Virus record (IMG/VR): IMGVR_UViG_3300028840_007214
Length of the DNA stretch: 64,000 nt
DNA from: an uncultured virus (IMG/VR IMGVR_UViG_3300028840_007214)
Lineage: Duplodnaviria > Heunggongvirae > Uroviricota > Caudoviricetes
Reading direction: 5' to 3' (one strand)
Of the stretch, positions 33,283 through 42,068 are shown piece after piece. Below the pieces are notes generated by a model. It did not search any database. It worked only from the letters and a program-made list of their open reading frames with translations, and had not been told where the DNA came from. Each line of letters starts with the position of its first letter. Positions within the stretch are counted from its first letter, which is position 1. Made by a program: the position numbers and the translations under genes.

Positions 33283-33886
33283 TGTTCTTGACCGAACACT
33301 CGAAGTTAATGTTATCAAAAAACAGATTGAGAAAGAACTTTCTCAAACCGAGCAAGAGATAACCTCCCTCAATTCTGAAATTGCCCTCTTAGATAAGGTA
33401 GTTGAGCTCTTTAAGCATCTTCTCGATAAATTAATTGTTTCTAACGTGAGTAAAGTTGAAAAGTTGGTGACTTTTGGGTTAAAGAGCGTTTTCTATGATC
33501 AGAATCTCATTTTTGAAGGAAAGATCAAAAGAGGTAAAGGTAAGATTGGTGTAGAGTTTCAGACTGTGAAAGATGGCAAGATTGTCGGAGACGCAATTGA
33601 AAGTTTTGGTGGAAGCATTGTAGTTGTAGAATCTTTTTTGCTTCGGATCATAACTATTTTACGAATGGGTTTAAGAAGATTTTTGAGTTTAGATGAAAGT
33701 TTTGGTGAGGTAGATCCTGAACATAGTGTTAGCACTTCAAAAATGATAAATGAGATTTGTGAAAAGTTAGATTTTGATATACTTCTTGTGACTCATAATA
33801 GAGGCTTGCAAGAGCATGCCCATCATGTTTTTGAGGTTATTGAAGACCCAAAAACATCTTCCACAAAAATTAAAAAGCTTCGATGA
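33245..33886 (+). CDS. SbcC/Rad50-like ATPase, C-terminal half (signature, Walker B, H-loop); may start at 33263
   Basis: Coiled coil, then SFGGS, LSLDESF and LLVTHN; no Walker A. Confidence 0.85.
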   Translation: MRSRKKMLERLNNVLDRTLEVNVIKKQIEKELSQTEQEITSLNSEIALLDKVVELFKHLLDKLIVSNVSKVEKLVTFGLKSVFYDQNLIFEGKIKRGKGKIGVEFQTVKDGKIVGDAIESFGGSIVVVESFLLRIITILRMGLRRFLSLDESFGEVDPEHSVSTSKMINEICEKLDFDILLVTHNRGLQEHAHHVFEVIEDPKTSSTKIKKLR

Positions 33887-34308
33887 AATCTGAAAGAGAT
33901 ATAAAGAGAAAGATCAAAGATCTTAGATATCGAAGCCTGCAAAAAATTTATAAGAAAAGGCTTTCGAAGAGGCCAGAAAATTGCAAATATAATTTTAGGC
34001 AGAGATTGAAAGAAGGTGAAACGATTGGTTTATGTATGCCTGTTGAAGTTCTCAAGAATGCAAATATCCAAGAAGAAGAATGGCAAGGGACGATTTGTGA
34101 TGCTTTAGAAGATGCCTTAAAGTGCCCTCGTTTTGAGTTAGCTCAAACAAAGAGTGAATTAACTCAAGAGTTAGATGCTGAGCTTAAAGATCCTGAAGTG
34201 CGAAATGAAAAACATAAAGCCATCCATGTGCTCCTTTGGGTGCTCGAAGAGAAAAATTCAGGTCTTGTAAAAAGAATATTACATTTTTGTTTTCCATGGC
34301 TTAGATGA
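33883..34308 (+). CDS. Hypothetical four-Cys protein
   Basis: ENCKYN, GLCM, TICD, KCPRF; ATGA-coupled on both sides. Confidence 0.6.
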   Translation: MKSERDIKRKIKDLRYRSLQKIYKKRLSKRPENCKYNFRQRLKEGETIGLCMPVEVLKNANIQEEEWQGTICDALEDALKCPRFELAQTKSELTQELDAELKDPEVRNEKHKAIHVLLWVLEEKNSGLVKRILHFCFPWLR

Positions 34309-35003
34309 ATTGCGCTGAACATTATTACACAAAAACGGTGGAACCTCCTGAGAGTGTTATTGATTATCTTTTGTCTAGAGGAATAACGCGGGATGAAATC
34401 TCGAGTTTTGGTATTCGCTATTTCTCTGAAAAACCTTATCTAGTTGGCCCAAAAAATAATGATTATAAGAAGTTTTATGCTTGGTCAAAAGCTGGTACAT
34501 TATTACCTGGTAAGTTAGTTTTTCCATTCAGAAACAGTCAAGCGGAGTTAGTAGGGTTTGAAATTCGTGATCAAGATCCGGAAAAACCTTTTAAATCACG
34601 TTTCTGGATTAAGTTAGCGAACAATGAGGGTGTCTTTTACGGTTTAGAGAAAGCGCTAGAATCCATTTGGGTGAATGAATGTGTTTATCTGACTGAAGGC
34701 GTTTTTGATTATCATCCCTTACAGCGTTTGTATCCGAACAGCTTAGGTGTGCTAACTGCGCATATTTCTGCGAATCAGTTAAACTTTTTGAGACGGTATG
34801 TCAAAAGAGTTTTTACACTTTTGGATAATGATAAAGCAGGAGAAAGTGCGTTTGTAAAATTTCAAGAGAAGTCAGAGGATATTTTTGAAATCATTCCGAT
34901 CAAATTTCTTGCTAAAGATCTTGGAGAGCTTTGGGAGAAATATGGCGAAGTCAGGTTTCAAAAATTGATCAAACAGCAAGTAGATAAACTGATTTTGATT
35001 TGA
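34305..35003 (+). CDS. dnaG: DnaG-like primase core (TOPRIM) without a zinc-binding domain
   Basis: YLLSRGI, LVFPF...VGFEIR, LTEGVFD, LDNDKAG, KDLGE. Confidence 0.85.
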   Translation: MNCAEHYYTKTVEPPESVIDYLLSRGITRDEISSFGIRYFSEKPYLVGPKNNDYKKFYAWSKAGTLLPGKLVFPFRNSQAELVGFEIRDQDPEKPFKSRFWIKLANNEGVFYGLEKALESIWVNECVYLTEGVFDYHPLQRLYPNSLGVLTAHISANQLNFLRRYVKRVFTLLDNDKAGESAFVKFQEKSEDIFEIIPIKFLAKDLGELWEKYGEVRFQKLIKQQVDKLILI

Positions 35004-35012
35004 GGAGGTTTT

Positions 35013-35474
35013 ATGTTTTATCTTGAGAAGAAGATGCAAGTTTCTGCTTCACATAGATTACCAAACTATGATGGCGCTTGTGCGAACCTTCATGGACATA
35101 ACTGGAATATCACCGTAACTTGTCGTTGTAAAGATGATGAGTTAAATGATCAAGGAATGGTGCTTGATTTTACTGAGATTAAAAAGATTGTGAATCAGTT
35201 GGACCATACAGATATTAATGCGCTTGTCGAAAATCCGACTGCTGAGAATATTGCAAAATGGCTTGCCGGGCAAATTCCGCATTGTCATATCATTGAGGTT
35301 GAAGAAACTGACGGCAATAAAATTATGTATTTTAACGAAGAGAGTTTAGAAGCAACTCAAAAGAAAGAGATCAGCGATGAAGTTTTTTGTGAAAAGTGCG
35401 GTGCCAAGATGATGCAACAGGGCCCTGATTATATTTGCGCGCAATGCGGTTCCTGTGGTGGTTGCTGTGCATAG
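35013..35474 (+). CDS. queD: 6-carboxy-tetrahydropterin synthase QueD with a C-terminal Cys-rich extension
   Basis: ASHRL, CANLHGHNW, GMVLDF, LDH, PTAENIA, EET; extra tail CEKC...CAQCGSCGGCC. Confidence 0.95.
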   Translation: MFYLEKKMQVSASHRLPNYDGACANLHGHNWNITVTCRCKDDELNDQGMVLDFTEIKKIVNQLDHTDINALVENPTAENIAKWLAGQIPHCHIIEVEETDGNKIMYFNEESLEATQKKEISDEVFCEKCGAKMMQQGPDYICAQCGSCGGCCA

Positions 35475-35484
35475 AGGAGATTAG

Positions 35485-36129
35485 ATGCAAATTTCAGAGA
35501 TTTTTTATTCAGTGCAGGGTGAGGGCAAGAATGTAGGAAAGCCTATTGTTTTTATACGTACTGGTGGTTGTAATTTGCGTTGTAGTTTTTGTGATTCAAA
35601 ATATGCTTTTAAAGGTGAAGAGTGGTCTATCTCTAAGATAATGGATGAGGTTAAAAAGTATTCGAGTTGTCGTTCAGTTTGCCTTACGGGAGGAGAACCG
35701 CTTCTTCAAAAGGACTTCGAAGATCTGATTTTTGAACTTTATAACGCGGGTTACGATGCTGAAATTGAAACAAATGGGACTATTCTTAGACCTAGGATTA
35801 CGTGTGGTATAGCTTTGCAATGGAATGTTTCCCCTAAGCTTAGTAATTCTGGACATTCTTTTTCTGAATCAATCAACGAACGAGCTCTTCAAAGTTTTAA
35901 CCATTCTGCCCTCTTCAAATTTGTCATTCCGAATAGTGAGATCTTTGATGAAGCCCAAGAACTTATTTCTCGTTTACGCTTAACGAACGTATATTTAATG
36001 CCCGAAGGTAGAGACGATCTTACACTAAAGAAAACTGCCAAATGGCTTGTTGAAAAGTGCAAACAATATAATTACCGTTTTAGCCCAAGATTACATGTTT
36101 GGCTATGGGGTGATGAGAGAGGAGTTTAG
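35485..36129 (+). CDS. queE: 7-carboxy-7-deazaguanine synthase QueE (radical SAM)
   Basis: EIFYSVQGEG, FIRTGGCNLRCSFCDS, TGGEP, IETNG, VSPK, SPRLH. Confidence 0.96.
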   Translation: MQISEIFYSVQGEGKNVGKPIVFIRTGGCNLRCSFCDSKYAFKGEEWSISKIMDEVKKYSSCRSVCLTGGEPLLQKDFEDLIFELYNAGYDAEIETNGTILRPRITCGIALQWNVSPKLSNSGHSFSESINERALQSFNHSALFKFVIPNSEIFDEAQELISRLRLTNVYLMPEGRDDLTLKKTAKWLVEKCKQYNYRFSPRLHVWLWGDERGV

Positions 36130-36507
36130 ATGAAACCTCAGCAGTTCTGGGGTACTGAGAAAGAAGTGCTCGTAGTTGATATAGATGGTACACTCTGCAG
36201 TGAAGCCTATTTACCAGATTGGGGAACTATTCCTGATTATGCAAAAGCAGAACCTTTTCCGCTACAAATTGCTCATTTGAATGAATTGAAAGAGAGATTT
36301 TTTATCGTTCTTTGGACTGCACGTTATGAAGCCGATCGTGAAGTAACTGAGCAATGGCTTAAGAAGCATAATGTTCCATATGACCGTTTGGTTTTAGGCA
36401 AAAAACCTTACGATATGTTTATTGACACAAATTCTTGTAAAACACCATATCAATTGGTTAAACAGTTGGAGAAATCGGATGAGCAAGGATACACAAACAG
36501 AGATTAA
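36130..36507 (+). CDS. Capless HAD-superfamily phosphatase-like protein
   Basis: VVDIDGTL (motif I), WTAR (motif II), WL.KH.VPYD.L..GK, FID. Confidence 0.85.
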   Translation: MKPQQFWGTEKEVLVVDIDGTLCSEAYLPDWGTIPDYAKAEPFPLQIAHLNELKERFFIVLWTARYEADREVTEQWLKKHNVPYDRLVLGKKPYDMFIDTNSCKTPYQLVKQLEKSDEQGYTNRD

Positions 36508-37282
36508 AGATGTTCAGAGTAGCGTAGACAAGAGAGGAATTAGACTAAATAAAGTCGGTGTGCGAGGTGTAGAATTTCCAATACAGCTAAAACGCCCTGA
36601 TGGGACTACGGTGCGCACAGTTGCCGAGTTCAATTTTTATGCTGATTTGCCTGCTGAAATGAAAGGGACACATATGTCTCGTTTCGTGGAAGCATTGGAA
36701 GAATGCGTACAAGAACAGGATACTGCTTTTAAGGTTTTTAGAAAGGCAGTTAAAAAGATCAAAGACAGCTTTAAAGCAGAGCATGTTCATTTAGAGGCGT
36801 TCTTTACTTATTTTATTGAGAAGGAGTCTCCCGCAACAAAAAAGAAGATGACCTCTCCTTATCATTGTGGGATTATTATGGACGATTCGCATAGTGGATT
36901 TGCTTATGGTGATACACTTTTAGTGAAAGTGCCTGTTACCACAGTTTGCCCCTGTTCTTTAGAGATTTCGGATCAAGGGGCACATAATCAAAGAGCGCAT
37001 ATTACTCTTACTGCTGAGGCAATGGAATTTGTGTGGTTTGAAGATTTAATTAATCTTCTTGAACCTTGTGGTAGCTGTGAGATTTATCCTTTGTTGAAGC
37101 GCCCAGATGAAAAATATGTCACTGAAAAGATGTTTGATAATCCTAAGTTTGTTGAAGATGTTGTACGTGATGCTGCTGTAGCTATAAGAGCTTCTGGATT
37201 AAAAATACCTCATGGTAAGATTGAATGTGAGAGTCAAGAGAGTATTCATAATCATACTGCATATGCTAAATTTGAATGGTAA
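36479..37282 (+). CDS. folE2: GTP cyclohydrolase IB (FolE2)
   Basis: DVQ...KVGV, KGTHMSRF, TTVCPCS, AHNQR, LKRPDEK.VTE, NPKFVEDVVR, ESIHNH.A. Confidence 0.96.
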   Translation: MSKDTQTEIKDVQSSVDKRGIRLNKVGVRGVEFPIQLKRPDGTTVRTVAEFNFYADLPAEMKGTHMSRFVEALEECVQEQDTAFKVFRKAVKKIKDSFKAEHVHLEAFFTYFIEKESPATKKKMTSPYHCGIIMDDSHSGFAYGDTLLVKVPVTTVCPCSLEISDQGAHNQRAHITLTAEAMEFVWFEDLINLLEPCGSCEIYPLLKRPDEKYVTEKMFDNPKFVEDVVRDAAVAIRASGLKIPHGKIECESQESIHNHTAYAKFEW

Positions 37283-37288
37283 GGAGTT

Positions 37289-38077
37289 ATGATGACTTTT
37301 CATGACAAAACGGTTATCATTACTGGCGGTAATCGTGGAATTGGTAAGGCAACTGCTTTAAAATTCAATCAATTGGGATGTAAACGTTTTGGTCTTTTTG
37401 CACGTGATCAGATCAAATTAAGTAAAACCGCAGACGAGCTTAGAAATCTTGGTTGTCAAGTTCTGATCTCTAAAGAGGGGCGAGATCTTAGAGACGATGT
37501 AGATATTTTAGAATTTTGCACAGCAGTAAAGGAAGAATTTGGTCAGATTGATATCCTTGTGAATAATGCGGGCATTAATCGTCCTGGTAGTGTTATAGAG
37601 TTTGATTCGCATGTTTGGAAGGAAGTTTTCGAAGTTAATGTTTTAGGCACTCTTTGGTTTAGTCATCACGCGCTTGAATATATGCCCGATGGGGGAGCAA
37701 TTGTTAATGTCTCTTCTGTTTTAAGCTTAACAGTAGTACCAGGCATGCTCCCTTATTGTGCTTCTAAAGCAACAGTAAACGCTATTACGAAACAAATGGC
37801 GTTAGATCTAGCGCCGAGAAACATTCGTGTAAATTGTGTAGCTCCTGGATTAACCGATACTGAAATGCCCAGACAAGGTGCTGCAACCTTAGGTGATCCA
37901 GATGAAGTTCTCAAAGGTTGGTTGCATAACTATGCAATTAAGAGAATGGGGCGCCCGGAAGAAGTAGCAAGTTTGATTTGTTATTTAGCATCTGAGGATG
38001 CAGGTTTCATGACAGGCAATGTGATTCCAGTAGAAGGTGGTTTTCTACTTTCCGTAGAAGGAGGATACGATGACTAA
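37289..38077 (+). CDS. Classical short-chain dehydrogenase/reductase, probably NADP(H)-dependent
   Basis: TGGNRGIG, Arg after beta2 (FARD), LVNNAG, NVSS, YCASK, IRVNCVAPG. Confidence 0.93.
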   Translation: MMTFHDKTVIITGGNRGIGKATALKFNQLGCKRFGLFARDQIKLSKTADELRNLGCQVLISKEGRDLRDDVDILEFCTAVKEEFGQIDILVNNAGINRPGSVIEFDSHVWKEVFEVNVLGTLWFSHHALEYMPDGGAIVNVSSVLSLTVVPGMLPYCASKATVNAITKQMALDLAPRNIRVNCVAPGLTDTEMPRQGAATLGDPDEVLKGWLHNYAIKRMGRPEEVASLICYLASEDAGFMTGNVIPVEGGFLLSVEGGYDD

Positions 38078-39074
38078 TGAAGTTAATTTAGCGGATATTT
38101 TTCATCCGATGAAAGCAGTGACTTTTATTACACGCAAGTGCAATCTTAAGTGTGATTATTGCGGAGTAATTAAAAGGGATACAATTGATCCTGAGTTAGA
38201 TTTTGAAGGATGGAAAAGAGTTTTTGATGCCACTAAAAAGCTTGGTGTTGGAATGAATGTTATCTTTGGCGGAGAGCCCATGCACCGCAAAGATATTAAA
38301 GACATCATGAACTATTTGAATGAAGGGGAGCATCCTTACGCCTTTATTACGAATTCGATGTATAAACAAGAAAAGTATGAAGAGTTAAATTTAAAGCAGC
38401 TTTCTTGTAGTGTAGATGTTATTGAAAATTTTGATCTTAAAAAACACAGTGAACTTAAATCTCAAAGAGGTGTGCAACTTCTTTTAGATATGAAAGATAA
38501 AGTACCTGACCTTCTTGCAAATATGGGTTTATGCGCAAAAAATCTAAAGAAAGTGCCAGATATTGTTAAGTTTTTTACAGATCACGGTATTTGGGTTATT
38601 GCTACTATTTTGCATGATGGGCCTGAAGATTTTTGGCTTTTCAGACAAAAATCACCACACCCTGATCGTGTAACTGAAGAATACAGAGATGATCTTAAGA
38701 GATTCTGTGAAACAATGTTACAGTTAAAGTCGCAGAATTATCTTATTCATCATTTTGAGCCGTATTTTGAACATTACTTACCCAAGTATGGAATTGGCTT
38801 AGATTGGCATTGTAAGAAAGCATCTCATATGACTATTGATGCTGATGGGCGTTTAATCTGTTGTGTTGATTATCGTGGTGAGCGTGTAAATAGATATAAG
38901 GTTTGGGACTTGCTTGATCCAGAGAAGCTCAGAAAATTTTTAATTGACTATCAGCTTGATGTGAAAGGATGCCCAGGTTGCTGTTGGGACCATATCATCG
39001 AAAGTGAGCATATGTATGATGAGAATGCCGACTTGGGTAAGAAACAATTTCAACATTTCAAATCCTATTGTTAG
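38070..39074 (+). CDS. Radical SAM enzyme with a SPASM/twitch-like auxiliary Cys region
   Basis: CNLKCDYC, GGEP, ITN; C-terminal WHC...DADG...CC...CPGCCW. Confidence 0.92.
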   Translation: MTNEVNLADIFHPMKAVTFITRKCNLKCDYCGVIKRDTIDPELDFEGWKRVFDATKKLGVGMNVIFGGEPMHRKDIKDIMNYLNEGEHPYAFITNSMYKQEKYEELNLKQLSCSVDVIENFDLKKHSELKSQRGVQLLLDMKDKVPDLLANMGLCAKNLKKVPDIVKFFTDHGIWVIATILHDGPEDFWLFRQKSPHPDRVTEEYRDDLKRFCETMLQLKSQNYLIHHFEPYFEHYLPKYGIGLDWHCKKASHMTIDADGRLICCVDYRGERVNRYKVWDLLDPEKLRKFLIDYQLDVKGCPGCCWDHIIESEHMYDENADLGKKQFQHFKSYC

Positions 39075-39090
39075 GAGTAGTATAATAGAC

Positions 39091-39942
39091 ATGACCCAAA
39101 AAGGATATGATCAGATTTTGTTGTTTTCAGGCGGGACTGACTCTTTTATTGCTTGGCTTTATTTGAATTGTCCTCCTGTACTTTATGTTAATCTGAATAC
39201 ACGCTATTCTGATGCAGAATTTAAGCGAGTTAAGTATCTAATTGATATACACCGCATGGAGCATATTTTTGATGATCGTTTAAAGTTAGGCGACCAAGAG
39301 TTTGGTGATGGTTCAGGCTTTGTTCCTCATCGCAACACTTTTTTGATTTTAATTGCTAGTTTTTATGCCAACCGTATTTGGTTTGCTGGTTTAGGCTCTG
39401 ATGTTGTCATTGATAAGAATCCAGAGTATTCTTTAGAGTTTTCACGTTTCTTATCTAACCAAATGCAGCATCGTGCTAGATCAGTTGTGGTAGATAGCCC
39501 TTTCTGGAATTACACAAAAGAAGACACGATTCGATGGCTAATTCATGTAAAAGGTTATGATATAGCAAAAGATATGCTTAAAAGAACTTTTTCATGTTAT
39601 ACTGAAGGTGAATTGCCTTGTGGTAGATGTCAAGCTTGTTTTAGAAGATATGTTGCTTTAAAGTTGCATGGCATTGATGAAGAATATGAAGTTAACCCAT
39701 TAGAAGGGTGTGCTTCTAGTATTAAGAATAAGTATATCCCTCAAATGGTTAGTAGTATTTGGGGTGAGGGTAAATATGATGCACGTAGAAGTATTGAGAC
39801 ATTAGGGTTGATTTATGAGCATTTTAAAGAAGACACGCTTATTCAAGATAATTTGTCTCAAATACAAACGGCACTTCTGATTGAATGTAAGAAGATTGAA
39901 GATCAATTTGGTATTGTTCCGAAATACACTCTCAATTTTTAA
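39091..39942 (+). CDS. queC: 7-cyano-7-deazaguanine synthase QueC
   Basis: PP-loop FSGGTDS, FVPHRN, SPF...K, TFSCY...PCGRCQAC.RR. Confidence 0.9.
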   Translation: MTQKGYDQILLFSGGTDSFIAWLYLNCPPVLYVNLNTRYSDAEFKRVKYLIDIHRMEHIFDDRLKLGDQEFGDGSGFVPHRNTFLILIASFYANRIWFAGLGSDVVIDKNPEYSLEFSRFLSNQMQHRARSVVVDSPFWNYTKEDTIRWLIHVKGYDIAKDMLKRTFSCYTEGELPCGRCQACFRRYVALKLHGIDEEYEVNPLEGCASSIKNKYIPQMVSSIWGEGKYDARRSIETLGLIYEHFKEDTLIQDNLSQIQTALLIECKKIEDQFGIVPKYTLNF

Positions 39943-39953
39943 AAGGTAACTAG

Positions 39954-40853
39954 ATGATTCTATATTTGGCCGGTTTGCATGGCTTAGTAGGTAGCGGAGT
40001 ATTAGAACAAATTCGAGATCTTGGCTACACATACAATACTTTAGAAAGTTATTATTACCTTAAAGATGCTAAAGGTGAAATTAAAGATATTATCACAAAT
40101 ATAAAGGCAGAAAAGGTCTTTTTAGATAGTGGTGCCTTTTCGGCTTTTAATAAAGGGATTGAGATTCCAGTTGATGAATATTCAAAGTTTGTTGCAGAGC
40201 ATCAGGATCTTTTTGATGTTGTTGCATCGATGGATGTTAAGGGCGATCCTGAGAAGAGCTGGGAAAATCAAAAGATCATGGAGTCTTTTGGCTTGAATCC
40301 AATACCAGTATATCATGTAGGTGAAGAATTAAAGTGGCTCTATAAGTATCTTGATTCTTATGAGTATTTTGGTATTGGTACTGCTGTTAGCCCGATTCAT
40401 TCGGATAGGTTACGTAGAGAATTCGAACAAGTGTTTGAAGCTGATCCTGCGCATAAGTATCATGGTTTTGGAATGACTGATACACGCTGGTTACAGATCT
40501 TTCCATGGCATACAGTGGATAGTTTAAGCTGGTGCATGACTGGGGCTTATGGTTCAATTAAGTTTTGGAATCCAGAGAAAGCGAAAACATTGCAAGCTGT
40601 TGTAACTCTTATTGATAAACCTCGAAAAAAATATGAACCTCGGCATTACCTAAATTGGAGTAGTAAGAGAGAGCAAGCAGAGTTTCAGGCTCGAATTGCG
40701 AAGCTCAATTTGAATTTAGATGAGTTATCTAAAGAGAGCAGAGCAAGAAATGTTGTGAACATTATCTATTATCTCGATTTTATAAATTGGATCAATGAGA
40801 AGGGTGTTAAATTTGTGCATTCTGAAGAGAATTTCTTCAAAGGCGATAATTAG
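39954..40853 (+). CDS. dpdA: DpdA-like (TGT-fold) DNA guanine transglycosylase
   Basis: FLDSGAFS, MDV.GD, PIPVYH.GE, YFGIG, HGFGMT, PW.TVDS.SW; lies directly after queC. Confidence 0.8.
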   Translation: MILYLAGLHGLVGSGVLEQIRDLGYTYNTLESYYYLKDAKGEIKDIITNIKAEKVFLDSGAFSAFNKGIEIPVDEYSKFVAEHQDLFDVVASMDVKGDPEKSWENQKIMESFGLNPIPVYHVGEELKWLYKYLDSYEYFGIGTAVSPIHSDRLRREFEQVFEADPAHKYHGFGMTDTRWLQIFPWHTVDSLSWCMTGAYGSIKFWNPEKAKTLQAVVTLIDKPRKKYEPRHYLNWSSKREQAEFQARIAKLNLNLDELSKESRARNVVNIIYYLDFINWINEKGVKFVHSEENFFKGDN

Positions 40854-40871
40854 AATTTATAGGAGGATAGA

Positions 40872-42065
40872 ATGGAAGTTCTGATTGACAGTGATGTTCT
40901 ACTTGAAGGGTTGGGTAGAGTAAAACCTATTGTAAGCAATAAAGGGCTGATCCCCATTTTAGGTTGTTTCGTTTTTGAAGCGACTGAGGATAAGTTTTCG
41001 ATTGCAGCATCTTCTGATGAATTAACGATGAAATGGGAGATTGGAGAGGATGCCGAATTTATCGATACTGATAAAAAGGAAGCTGATACCTCTTCAATTG
41101 AAGATTCGGAAGAAGGTGAAAAAAGTTCAAAGCCCGTTAGAAAAGATGTCTTAAAGATTAAAGAGAAAGGCCAAGTCGCTACTTTGGCTTCTCGATTCTA
41201 TGACATTGTGAATAAACTTGGGGGTAGCGTAAAAGTTTTGCTCAAAACTGATTCAGAAGGAGGTATTCTCGTACAGTGTGAATCACTAGATGCAAAAGCA
41301 ACCCTTACCAAAGATGCTTCTGCAGATATCGAGGATTTTCCGAAGATTGCAGTACCCGAGTCTAAAGAGATTAAACTGCCAAGTAATTTTCATAGAATGC
41401 TCAAAGTCACTCAAATTTCTATCTGTGATATTGAATCTCGTTTTGATCTAAAAGGTTTGAGTTTTAGTCTTAAAGATGGTGCAATTAGTTTAAGAAGCTG
41501 TGATAACAAAAGGATTAGTTCAGCAACAGGCGAGATAGAAGATAAAGAGATTGAAGGTGCGTACTTTATTTCAAGAGAAGCAGCCAAAGAACTGATCCGC
41601 ATGAAACCAACAAGCCTTTATGTTGGGCCTGAGAATCATTTGACCTTTAAGAACCTTACTACAACCTTTTCTATTCAGCTACTTGAGAATAAGTTTCCAA
41701 ATTTAGACAAGTTCGTAGAGATGGCAAGTTTAGGTGGAGAACGTCTGATTAAAGTCAAAAAGCAGCAGCTGAAAGACGCAATTGATTGGGTCGCAATTTT
41801 ATCTGAATCTTTTGATAGCCGAGTTGATTTTGAAGTCAAGAAAGAGTCGATCACGATTTGGAGTGAATTGAATACTTCTAAAACGAAACGTAAGATCTCT
41901 GCGCAAGCTCCTGGAGATCTTAAGTTTGGTTGCAATCCGAAGTATTTCTTAGATTATTTGAACACTGCGGACGAAGATTCGATTGAATTCTTTTTACATG
42001 ATGATGTCCATAAGATCTTCTTTAGCAATCCGGACTCAGTCTATATCACAACTCCGAAGAAGTAA
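40872..42065 (+). CDS. dnaN: DNA polymerase III beta sliding clamp, with an acidic insertion
   Basis: LIPILG, EDFP, SRFDLKG, CDNKRIS, NKFPN, FGCNPKYFLD; RBS aggagg. Confidence 0.88.
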   Translation: MEVLIDSDVLLEGLGRVKPIVSNKGLIPILGCFVFEATEDKFSIAASSDELTMKWEIGEDAEFIDTDKKEADTSSIEDSEEGEKSSKPVRKDVLKIKEKGQVATLASRFYDIVNKLGGSVKVLLKTDSEGGILVQCESLDAKATLTKDASADIEDFPKIAVPESKEIKLPSNFHRMLKVTQISICDIESRFDLKGLSFSLKDGAISLRSCDNKRISSATGEIEDKEIEGAYFISREAAKELIRMKPTSLYVGPENHLTFKNLTTTFSIQLLENKFPNLDKFVEMASLGGERLIKVKKQQLKDAIDWVAILSESFDSRVDFEVKKESITIWSELNTSKTKRKISAQAPGDLKFGCNPKYFLDYLNTADEDSIEFFLHDDVHKIFFSNPDSVYITTPKK

Positions 42066-42068
42066 AAC

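Noticed and set aside
39954..40853. tRNA-guanine transglycosylase for queuosine tRNA modification
   Set aside because: No TGT Zn-binding motif (CxCxxC) and no queF/queA/queG here; motifs and phage context fit DNA-acting DpdA better, though this is not proven.
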